A DNA stretch of 64,000 bases, from positions 27,838,001 to 27,902,000 of the forward strand of contig NC_092674.1 of NCBI RefSeq assembly GCF_964355755.1. The letters run 5' to 3'. Position numbers and translations under genes: made by a program. This DNA comes from Antedon mediterranea (taxonomy: Eukaryota; Animalia; Echinodermata). The notes under the pieces are model-generated. The model did not search any database. It was not told where the DNA came from and saw nothing but the letters and a program-made list of their open reading frames with translations. Positions within the stretch are counted from its first letter, which is position 1. Each line of letters opens with the position of its first letter. Below, in pieces: positions 27,166-39,889 of the stretch.

Positions 27166-28815
27166 AAAGTTTTACACTACACAATTCAATGACTTTTATT
27201 TTGGTTCAATGGGGGTTTGCTATGTTTTTTAAACAGTAAATGTAAGTGTATATTTTTTTTAATAACTAATTAACAAACTAGCATTTATATATGTAATATT
27301 ATACAGAATTCCCACTGGCAATAAAAGCTGAAATGTAAACATCAATAGTATCAAAACAAATGTAATATTAAACTCAAATTAAAACAAATGAAAAGGGCTA
27401 TTCATTACCTTAATTTCACAATCAAACAGGTTGCTGTTGCTTCCAAATAGAAGTCAAATTTGTTGTGGACCAGCTGATGCTGAACAATGACAGCATTTAT
27501 GAAAGATAATACAGTACAGTATAATAATGTGCAAAGAGATATCAATTGTTGGTCTTGTTAACATTAAATGCTAAACAAAGAATGAATTAGTTCAAAAATA
27601 TAAAACAATTATAGGCTCAATAACTGACCAATCGGATTCAGTTAACTAAAATGATCAACCAATGAAGTGAATTATAGGCTAATGGCTGTTAACCATAGAG
27701 AAAGTCTCCACATGAGTTAACAATTAAGTGGTTTTACACATAAACAATTAATCAGCAAGCAATCTCATGATCTGTGTTGTTTAATTCAAATCATGAGACA
27801 AAATTTGTATTAATTACTAATTAATAGAGTAATATAAAAGCCTAAAAAAATACTTTTTAATTTAGTTGCAAACAAGAAATGGTTATTTGATTAATCATGG
27901 AGGTAAACTCATTGGCTTCATTTCTTTTAAGTCTAGTTTGCATTTCATTGAATAATGCTAAATTTAACAAAAGTAACATTACCTAAATTCCATCAGCACT
28001 AAATGTGACCATTAATATTATGGACCTTTAGATCATGTGGATGCAGTTCCCACCAAGCTGTCTTTCTCGTTGAACACTTTTAGATTTCACTCAATGACCA
28101 AAAACTGGATTACAAAAGACCTCGGCGTAAAATATTTAGGTGACGTCAAATCCAAGTCTCACCAACTCTCTAATTCTAGTGAGAAATACGATCTGACGCA
28201 TGCGCAACGTCTCAAAATGATGTAATCATCGGCATGTAAATAAAAGTCTTATAATAGTTCAGACTCGCAAAGTTATTTTTTTTCAATGGGTTTACTGTTA
28301 CTGAAGGTCCTTACTTATGACATGGTGCAACATATGTAATCTAATGTTGCTCCATGCTTATATTTTTACCATGAGATTTTCTTTTTTTTAGGACTCTTGG
28401 GTGGGCTTCTTTTCGAGATTACTTTTGCAAACCAAACAGGGTGGGGAGGCGTTCTTTTTTAGAGTGTAAACTACATCTCCCTGGTTCTACTGGGTAGTGT
28501 AGTTAATTGTGTTTGGTAAAATTGCTATACCACCAGTCCATTGGGAGTGACCTTCTCAGATATCACAAGATTTTATGAGAATTCTATGCTAATCATTGAA
28601 GGCTATCAGCATGGAGTATTACTCCATGCTTTCAGTTAAATATTGTATTGTTACCACAGTGTTATTTTGTCATTTTCACAAAGATACTTGCCAGTACAGT
28701 ACTGTAGTTTACATATTAAGATTTAGAATATTCAAGTATATGATATGATTTCCATTACTAAATTGACATATTCAATTATTTTACACATTTTTTTTATATA
28801 TTTTTGTATATTTAG

Positions 28816-28930
28816 GAAGATACATTCCTATGTAGATGGAATCAAACATTAAAAATTATTGAGACAGCTGCAAAATTTGGTGTCCATGAATATGAACTTG
28901 TACTTAATAAATTACATCCTTGTGCTAAGG
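28816..28930 (+). other. Isolated exon-like segment (EDTFLCRWNQTLKIIETAAKFGVHEYELVLNKLHPCAK)
   Basis: A T-rich acceptor tttag, an open frame and a strong donor gtgagt are present. No partner exons were identified. Confidence 0.35.
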
Positions 28931-31900
28931 GTGAGTGAATATATAATAATTGTTCCTCTGAAATATTAATTTTTAAAACAATTTATAATAATTAAAATTA
29001 ACTCCAATTTGATTACTATTGAAGAGTGCTAGGTTTGTACTAATATGTAATAGAGTGTATCATCATGGTATTATTAGCACTTGAAAGTGTTTTAATTTTT
29101 GGTTTCTAAATTCTATCCTTAGGTTAGGGCACAAGGTATACCATAAGATACAATTATGTTACAATTAAAACATTATAAACTATGGAACGCTGCTTGCGCA
29201 ACAATTCAGCGAATTTAATTTCGCAAGTGTTGTCGCAGGGTGAATGAAATGCTTTAATGATAAACATTTTTTTGTTAAAAGAAACCTAATTTGTCTTTCC
29301 TGGCCATGATTTTATCCAGCATTTCAAATCATCATTCTAAAAGATGATTCTTGCAGCAATGAATTCCATAAATATTTGTGTTTCTACATTACAGTACTGA
29401 CACTCAATGCTAATGGTAATGAGGTAACCAATGCATCATTGCTTTCACTAACCAAATTTTCTCTTAGTTTCTCACTTTGAATTCTTTGTATCATAATAAT
29501 AATCTCCATGATCTCAATTATAATCTTCTATAACAATAAAATTTATATATTTAATTCATTACAAAAAGAAAAACATTGCTTTTATTGAATCAGATTTTTT
29601 ATTTATATTTTTTTGGATTTGGATTTAAATTTAAATCGGTGGCGCACACACAATATTACGTAACAAATAAGTAATCAAACTATAACATATAACTACAGTA
29701 ATACAATTCCCACCCCACCCCACCCACTTTTCTTTCAATTTATTTAATACAGCAATGATACATACTTTCAGAGTAACACTTAGTAATACATGAGTAAAAA
29801 AACAAATTCCACCTCAAAATCTATTCTCATACTCATGGCTTTAGTAGCAATTTTTAGTAGCTTTTATACCATGGATTTCCTTGCTTATATGAAAAACTAT
29901 TGGTTTACAAAAGCAAAACACTTAATTTGCCCAAACCTATTTTCCTGTTGAGTTAATCTAAGTTCTATAGGCCTACGGTTCCTCATTCTATTTTAGTGAT
30001 GATAAAAGATAGGTGGTGATTGTACTCCCATTACTACTGTACATTCTTCATAAATTGTGCTTTTAGACAATGTATTTAAAGTCTACTAAACACTATTGGA
30101 TGATTTTCATATTTGATATTAAAGTATGTACAGTATTTTGGTTTAGTTAAATCATATTTGTTATAGATTATTTTTGATCAATTTTCATTATAATGAAAAT
30201 TTAATACATACCTGTTATTATTATTATTGTTATTATTATTATTATTATTATTATTGTTATTGAAAACTAAGATCGAGAATGATGACCCCTTGTATAATTA
30301 AATGTATAGCATTATCTATGGTGGTCCTGTTTTAAATTTGAACAGCAAATGTCTCAAATCACACTATTAAATTGTACAGTATTATTTTGATCAATTTAGG
30401 GCAAATGCTTCATAGCACAATAAATTACATTATGTTAACAAATGAAGCAACAAATTTATATAACATGTTGATCATTTTAAGAAATTTGACATTGATGAAT
30501 AATAATTACCAATTTAAAATACCCCTTTTCATTTTATTATGTGAACTCTTTGTATAGATATCATGTAAAAACACAATCCTTGTATTGGGGGATGATCTCA
30601 TGAAATTTATAGATCCATTACAATACAAGGTACATGAATCAAACTATAAAATGCTTTTTCGAAAATAATAATTTTATTGAACATATGCTTTTATAACAGC
30701 AGCACACTTTGACATGAAGGTGAGGAAACTTAAACTAGTAATACTATATTTATATAGACAAATTACAAAAGTACGATATTTGACCTACTATTACAAAACA
30801 CCTATTACATTTAAAAAGTGGTTAGAATGACCATAAAAAATTAAAATTACACAGTAATGTCAATTCCAAATGAATATTATTATTATATTAATTATTATGA
30901 ATGTGGGTTGTATTTATTGTTATTGTGTCATTGGTAATTTGGTTTAGTGGATGGTGGTACTATCTGAGTGTTATCTGTTTATTTTTAGTTTACTTTTTAT
31001 TTTATATTATATTATATATGTGTGAAGCCATGTCCCTTGTGAAACTTGTGTAGTAGTGTAACAATTTAGTATCCCATCAATCAATCTCACTCATTTCCTG
31101 GTAACTTAGGCCCTATTTCTGCTGCCAATAAACAATACAGTATTTATTTTTGCCTGCGACATGATCGGTCAACATCGTGTTTTTATTTTCTGTCGCTGTC
31201 AGCTGTTTTACACACGTGTATAGATATATTCGGCAAAAATGTGGAGCAAAGACGTCACAGTATTTACTAAATCTGTCTGGGGAAGGAGGGGTGGAGAAGG
31301 AGGGGGTGGGGGAGCTAAAATTTCTGGCCAACTAAAAGGTAATAAAAGGGACAACCAACATTTATAAAGACATTTCTAAAAAACATAAAGCAGGAGTACG
31401 GAATATACTTGTCTCCAAAGCAAGTAAACTCAAAGCTGAAGAGCCTGCGAAAGCAGTACAACATTGCAAAAGACAATAACTCGGGGAGGGAATGAATTAC
31501 TTGTCCCCATTACGATGTTTTCTGTGCTCTCACAACATCTCTATCACTAGGGCTAGGCTGTTGAAAGTGAGACGTAAAACATCCTTTAAGGCTTTATTGC
31601 GAATTTTAATTATCGACCAAATAAATGAATGGCAATTTGGGTAAAAAGGATGAAATTTAACACGACTACCCAAGAAGTATTGTTAGCAGAAACGGGGTAC
31701 TGAAAAATACGATATAAAAAATACCGTATTTTATACTGTATTTTTAAACCGTATTTTGAGTAGTTGCAGCAGAAACAGGCCCTTATTCTATATGAATGAG
31801 TCAGGTATATCAGAGGTGGGCCTGTAACCAGGAATGTACCTCTCTGGTCAAGACTTCAATAACTTTTGCTCCCATAGGATACAACTGGGTTCATTTACCT

Positions 31901-33342
31901 TTTATAAGTACTACTAGTACTGCATAATTAGGAAACAGTAAAGTCATATCTGAATTGAAGTTCTAATATATATATTAATAGTTTATTTTGTATTTTTGTA
32001 GTTAAGTTAAGTGTTCTCCGAATAAATTATTATTAATGGTCTCCCTTCCTTTGTTTTTATGGCCTCCAGATGTTACTTGCCAGTGTTTGCAATAGAGATA
32101 ACATAACATTAAATGAAGTTAGGTCCTAATTTTAAACTTAACTAAGAATTATTAATTGGCTTAAACAAATTTATGATAATAGGGTAAAGTCAAATAAAAG
32201 TAAAATTAATTAAAATGAGATATAAATTTAAATAGAAGAATAACAGTTATTTATCTCCCTGGCTCAATGTAGTTATGAAATTAAAGAAGGTAAAGGTTGT
32301 TCTCAGATTTTAAAGATACATTCCAATACACTTGCTTTAGATAGATATTTATGTACAAATAGGTCATAGTTTTATAAATATGGTAACTACACAACAAATT
32401 TACCAAATACCAGTTCATTGCAAACTAATGGAAATTTGGATAACATTTGTAAATGTTTGTATGTCTATGCGTATGAAACTCAAATTGCCAAATGTCTTTA
32501 ATCCTCTAAAAATAGAATGACTATACAAAGTTTGTCGCAGTGTGAATAAAAATGCTTCAATGTTAAAAGAAACCAATTTCCTGAGATGTTTTTCTTGGTC
32601 TTGATTTTATCCTGCATTTCAAATCATCATCAAGAAAGCTGACTCTTGCAACACCACTCAAGGCTAATGTACTTAATGCATCATTGGTTTCAGTAACTGA
32701 ATTGTCCCTTAGTTTCTCACTTTTATACCTCTAATAATCTAAACTAGTAATGTTATGGCTAACTTGATTAAAATTTATTGGAGTAACTTAAGTAATCAAA
32801 CTGGTGTCAATACTTATAATGATATAGTTATCAATAGTCATGTTTCTGATGTTAGGGAAAATTATATCAATTCTGTTTACAGTCATCAAATTCACTACAG
32901 CTGAAATAATCTAATCTATGCTTTCCTGTTTATTGATGTCCCTAATTTGGGTTCCTATTGTTCCTTATTATTTTTGCTGGTGACACTATCAAGAGTGTGT
33001 ATATCTTAACATAGATTCTAAGTACTGTATATATTCCTTTGTTTATATACTAATTGATATGCTAATTTAGTTTCCAAAGTATGTGGGTTGCATTTAATTG
33101 GTATTAGTATTACAGTTTATTTTTAATTTGGTTTTATCGAATTATCAATAAAAACTAATTGATCATTTCTTATTTTTGACTTATTTCTTAATTGAATACT
33201 ATTTGGAAATTTTTTTTAATGGTTCAACAAAATTTAAACACCATTTATTACTAGATAAAATCTATGATTTATATCAAGATAAAACAATTTGCTCAATTTT
33301 TGGACTATAATTGTAAATCATTTTTAATTACAGCTATAGTTA

Positions 33343-34504
33343 AGTCTAGGACCTGGGTCAAATTTGTATGCATTTAATTTAGGAGAGGATATATTAGGAT
33401 AATTTGACACCAACGAACAACATGGATGTGTGCTGAATTCGCTATCCGGGGCGAACATGCCCAAAATCGGGGTCAAAGGTTCTTATATCTCGACAACCAC
33501 TTGTCGTACAGATTTGCTTTTGGTGACAAATTGTTCAGAAAGTACATATTTATATTCAGTCTAACACAACCTCTAACGAAAAAATGACTGGAAATGCTTT
33601 TACTGACCTTTGACCCCAAAATGACCACATTTTCAGGTCAAATTATTCTTTAAAATGCCAATGGACAAACTGTATGGTATCAAATGAAAGCATACACAAT
33701 ATGCTACCCAACTTGTATTGAAAATGTTTAATTATGAAGCTAATTATATTGAAAATGTGCATATTTTGATTACTTTTATACAAAAAATGAATAATTGGTA
33801 TCAAATGAAAGCCCATAAAATATTCTACCCATTTCTACCCAACTTTTATTAAAAATCTGTAATTATGATGCTAATTTTGTTAAAAATGTACATATTTTAG
33901 TATTTTGTTACAAAATGAGTATACATATTAAATAGTGTAAATTTATTTTGATTTATTTATAATATTTAATAATTGTTCTTTTGGTGTCAAATTGTTCAGA
34001 ATATACATATTTGTATTCGGTCTAACACAACTTTTAGCGGAAAAATTACCGGAAATGCTGTCACTGACCTTTGACCTAAAAATGACCAAAAAACACATTT
34101 TCTGGTTAAATTATTCTTTAAAATGCCAATAGATAAACTGTATGGTATCAAATGAAAGCATACACAATATGCTACCCATTGCTACTCAACTTGTATTGAC
34201 AATTTTTAATTATGAAACTAATTGTATGGAAAATGTGCATATTTTGATTACTTTTATACAAAAAACGAGTAATTGGTAGCGTAATTGTTATGTTTTTTTA
34301 TATAATATTAAATTATTTAAGTGTTTGGAAAAACTATTTGGTATCAAATGAACATAAAATATTCTACCCATTGCTACTCTGTAATTATGTTGTATTTTTT
34401 TATATCTAGGCTGAGGATAGTCTAGATCATTATCCTGTAACACTAACAGTTGAGATATTCTCTCCTAAATTAAATGCATACAAATCTGACCCAGGTCCTA
34501 GACT
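33343..34504. mobile_element. Non-autonomous TIR element nested in the giant element
   Basis: agtctaggacctgggtcaaatttgtatgcatttaatttaggagag / ctctcctaaattaaatgcatacaaatctgacccaggtcctagact, with internal repeats containing gtatcaaatgaaagc. Confidence 0.8.
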
Positions 34505-34799
34505 ATATGACTATACATTCATTTTAACTATTATTCATATTGGGTGTTACTTTGTCCAATTCGTTAAATTTATTGGATATTTTACGTACTGTTGGCCATC
34601 TCGGATTTGACACCCCTTTTTTAGAAAAATTGCAACATCTTTTTTGTATTACTTTACAACGTAGAGAAACTAAATCAGCTGGAATTTTGCTTTAACAAAA
34701 AATGAAAAACAAATTACATAGTGGCCTATTAATATGAATATATATGTTCCGAGTATTTTGATACCAATATCATTTTGAAAGACCAAAGGGTTACGGAGA

Positions 34800-35857
34800 T
34801 AGGGCAATTTGGATGCCATTTTGAAATTGCATTGAAAATCTGTAATTATGAATAATGATGTAGATTTTTTTGAAAAATGTGCATATTTTATAAAATTTTT
34901 GACAAAAATGAGTATATTAAATAGTGTAAATTTATTTTGGTTTATTTATTATGATTAAATTATTGAAGTGTTTAGAAGATCTATTCAGTATCAAATGAAA
35001 GCCCATAAAAATATTCTATCCATTGTTACCCAACTTGTATTGAAAATCTAATTATGATATTTAACAACAAAATGTGCATAAGTTTTGACAGAAATGAGTA
35101 CTGTATACTGTACGTAAGTGCAAGTAGTGTACATTTATTTTGTATAATAAATCAATATTTTTTTAGTTTTAATGAAATATGTGACACTATATCAAATGAA
35201 AGCCAATCAAATATGCTATCAAATTGAATTGTAAAGTTAAAATTAATAAAGCTACTTTAGAAAATGTTTTATAATATTATAAATAAACCAAAATAAATTT
35301 ACACTACTTACTGTATACGGTACTCATTTTTTTCCAAACACTGATGATGTAATGATTTAATATTATATAAATAAACATACCAATTACGCTACCAAATATT
35401 CATTTTTTGTATAAAAGTAATCAAAATATGCACATTTTCCATACAATTAGCTTCATAATTAGAAATTTTCAATACAAATGCTTTCATTTGATACCACACA
35501 GTTTGTCCTTGGCATTTTAAAGAATAATTAAACCTGAAAATGTGTTTTTTGGTCATTTTTGGGTCAAAAGTCAGTAAAAGCATTTCCAGTCATTTTTTCG
35601 CTAGAGGTTGTGTTAGACTGAATATAAATATGTATATTCTGAACAATTTGTCATCAAAAGCAAATCTGTACGACAAGTGGTTGTCGAGATATAAGAACCA
35701 CACATTTTTAACTTTTGACCCCGATTTTGGGCATGTTCGCCCCGGATAGCAAATTTGGCACACATTCCATGTTGTTCGTTGGGGTCAAATTATCCTATAA
35801 CAGTTGAGATATTCTCTCCTAAATTAAATGCATATAAATCTGTCCCAGGTCCTAGAC
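34800..35857 (-). mobile_element. Second, partly inverted copy of the 33343-34504 family
   Basis: 35385-35795 is the reverse complement of parts of 33400-34280 and ends in the same cccaggtcctagac terminus. Confidence 0.7.
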
Positions 35858-36350
35858 AACGGAAACATTAAAAAAAATTTTTCTTCTTAATTGTTTTTTT
35901 TTCTTCAAATTTTAGATTTAGAATAGATTTTACTATTATGAAAATTGTGCATTGTCAATTGTCCTTAAGATCGACAATTATCCTTAATATGCACTTATTT
36001 CTTAAATGTATTGTTTATAGTTCATAGATTTTACAAATATGGTACAGTATTAATTAATAACTTTTTGTGAACATTTTGTATGGGTTGAACCTCTCGTTAC
36101 GTGTTCCTCCGTTTTAAAAGAGAGAAACCAAACTATTATTATTATAGTTGGCAAGCGTCTATTAATTAGTATAACAACAACATTTTTATATTTAATGACA
36201 AAAAGAGAGATTGACCTTTTGCTTTCATTAACTCAGATTAGCAAGAAAAAAAAATGTTTGTCTTTCTTCTTACAATTAAAGAATAATAGAACTTGAATGA
36301 AGCTCAATTGATTGGAATGAGAGTATATACTGTACTAGAATTATTTAGTA

Positions 36351-36900
36351 ATCAACAAAACCAAAGAGGTGATAATTGATTTCGGCAAGGTACATAATAG
36401 TTTAGAATATCTTAAAAATGAAATTATTGAAGACGTTAACGAATACAAATATTTAGATACTACCATAGTAGAACAAATTTAATGTTACAACTCAGTCAGA
36501 TGAAAAGCAAATCAGCGATTGTATTTTTTAAAAAAACTTAACTATTTTAACGTAGATAAAAACGATTTTAATATTATTTTACAAATCTGTTGTCCTTAGC
36601 ATTTTAACTTTAAATTGTATATATGGTAACGTGACGAAAGCAACCAAAAACAAACTTAAGAATGTAAAGCTGCTAAACGTATAATAGGAGAGTGGAAATT
36701 GTTATTGAAACCTTAGAAACAATTTATACCAGCTGAACTCAAAAGAAAGTTATTAAGATTATTCAAATTAAACACATCCTCTAAAATCATTAATTAAAAT
36801 ATAATAGATCTGGCATAAGATTATGTGTACCGCGTACTCATATGACAAGATATAGGAATTCTTTTTATCCAAATTCAATTTTCAAGTTTAATCAGGCGCT
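36351..36900 (+). mobile_element. Decayed Rex1/Babar-like non-LTR retrotransposon fragment (RT C-terminus)
   Basis: Frameshifted pieces INKTKEVIIDFGK, VNEYKYL and KANQRLYFLKKLNYFNVDK...FYKSVVLSILT. Confidence 0.75.
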
Positions 36901-39889
36901 AATTTTGTTACTTATCATTTGTATTATGTATGCCAAAGGAAAGCAAATTTCCACAAATTATTGGACGAATAAAATATATATTATATCTGATCTTAAAACT
37001 TTTTGAAAATGGAACATGTTCCCAATGTTAAATCATTACAGTGACATATTATAACAATAGACCTATTATAATTTATAGGTCCATCAATGATACCAACACA
37101 CAGATTTATTTGATTTATTTTATATACTATCATCATGTAATTACTTTTAAACCATGATTTGACCAAAAAGATTGTATCCTTTTATTTTGTATATTATTAT
37201 TAATTGTAGTAAGGGATTGTAATGCTTTTATAACCATACAGTACTACACAACTGCTCTTAGTCTTATCTCTGTGAGTGACAATAAAATCTCCCTCCCCAT
37301 TAAATAACACCCCCTCCCCCTTGTACCCTAATGACATTCACACAGAGGTTCCAAATATATTGAAAAGATCGTTTTTTTATGTTGCGTCATTAAAAATCTG
37401 TAATTTAACGAGAAAATGTGACTTTTATACGCAATTTTGTCCACTCATGTCGTAAATTGTTTACCACAAATGCGATAGAGCGTGACCGAAATTACGATAC
37501 GCCGTCAGCGCCCGTTGACAAATATGCTATAAAACCTATAATTGACTGTTTATAGAATAATGTAAATTTAATTTACAATAAATACTCAATGAAATATATG
37601 ACATAATAAAGAAATCCAAATATAAATTGAAATATTTACAGATAATGTGTTTAAAAATATCCAAATTAAAACGGCCTTCCATAACATAAAGTGCGCCCTC
37701 AATCGTCATACATTTATCAAACTTTTGAATTTTATGTTTATGTTTTATGCCATCACATATATTTTTCGACTTTATGTTATTGTTAACTAAATTAAGAAGG
37801 AAAAAATCCATTTGCGTCTACAAGATAATAATTTCACTTTCCAAACTTTAACAGCGGAAAACTGCCACGTTTGTGATTAGTCAGAATCAGAAAATATTTA
37901 CTCATTCTTCCCTAAAGGATGGTGGAGCTGAATTGTATTGGCATCCCACATTGTGTGACGTTTTTGAGACATTTTAGAATAAATTTCATCCCAAGTGTTA
38001 TTTGAAAATATAATATTGAAAAAAAAACCCAAAACAACGCTTTCCTCAATTACGTTGTTGCCAAATTGAATACTGGTTCTTCAAGTTGTGTATGATCGAA
38101 TCGAATTAACACGGGTGTTAAGATAAACAAATACACCATCATCCAGACTGTACCTCCCTTCCTAGACTCATAATAACTATTGTACGCATCTTGGCCGGCG
38201 GCCCACTACAATTCAGAGAATTAAAACGCATAATATTTACGAGATACTTGTTTCCATTAAGAAAGACGTTAAAGAAGATGGATAAATGGTGAAAAGCGAA
38301 TGTAATTTCTTCATTGAATGTCAACAACCATATTTATTTTCCCATAAACAAGGCCTATACAAATACATGTAAAAACTGCAGGTGTGTGGTGGTGCAGGCA
38401 GGCAATAAGCTAGGCAGATTCCGACTATACAGACATTTTGCGAAAGGATCTGATCCTGCTATTTTTTCTAATGTCCTTTCTATGACTTAATAATCGCAAT
38501 AGTTTTAAAATTGTCTGAATTTTATTTCAAAACCCAATACCAACAGCAAAATTAACTCGCAAATATAACAGGAAGGTTTTCCACCAAACGCCATGCTCTG
38601 TTGTCAAAATCTACAATTATTGTGTGAAATGAGAATATTATATCATATATCTTTGAACAATGTAAATATAGCTAGTTAACTATTTCAGCGGTACGTTTAC
38701 AATCTGCGTAGGAACCTTTTTGAAAAGTCTTTGTAGGGCCTCATCGCATAAATGTGTTTCTTTCATCTCTGTTTATTCCGTTCCGTTTACATTGTATGTT
38801 TGCCAATGTTTTTATTGAATTAAAAATTGATAGTTGGTAACTAATGTAAAGAGGGTTTGTGCAAAATGTGGTCATCCCAAACCAGAGCTGCTTAGAAGTA
38901 GTTTTGGTCATATATTTTGTAGAAACAGCACTTGTGACAAAATCTGCCGTCAATATGTGCTAACAACCACATTATTTTGTGCAAACTTGCCACCCTCAAT
39001 GTGCAATTGATGTATCAATTGATTTCTACACTTGTGTTGTTTTTGATGGAAATTATAGGTTCATATCGGCAAAAAATCATCACCCAAACATGACGCCGTT
39101 ATATGTAACACATTTTGATGTTAAATGTGCAAATAATATTTTTTTTTAATCAAAAAACTGTTTCGTTTGCTAATGTGAGATTGAACGGCTGGTAATAATA
39201 TGTATATTTTGTAACACGAAACATTTTTTTTGTGTTCAATTCAATTCAAATTCACATTTATTTAGCCAAAAGCAGCATGGACCTTACACTCGAAAAACGG
39301 CATTCTGTAGTAGTACCGGTAGTAAATCCATTTACAAAAATAAAAATAAGTCATAATATTATTGCTGAGAATTCTAAATTAACTTCAATCTGTGGAAGTA
39401 GTGTCATCATCAGCAATAGACACGATCGTATCCAGTATATCGGACAAAATGTGTTGTTTTTTAGAAGACAGCATCTTTTATTCTGGATTACACAATCATA
39501 TCTGCAAGGTGGACAAGGACAACACATCTCATTTTGGATACATACTCAGTGTTATTGCATTTTTGCTATTTATTATTGAATTTTTCAAACAAAAATATGG
39601 TATAGATAGTAACAACGGATAGAATTATGTGCTAGATGTATCCCGGGTCGTCCCTATGCAACGTATTTTGGTGTTGAAATATTATACTATATAGGGGGCG
39701 CTATAACAAGCAAAAAATTGTATTCATAAAAGCATGCACAGCAAATTCATATCCGAATACTGTATCAGCAACAATTCATTTACGGCCTACAGAATTTTGC
39801 AAATCAAGATTTTATAAGATATCTCAACCTTAAAATCATATTGATGTTTTAGTTAAACGTTTTTGGGATAGGATCCCGTTATTATCAAG

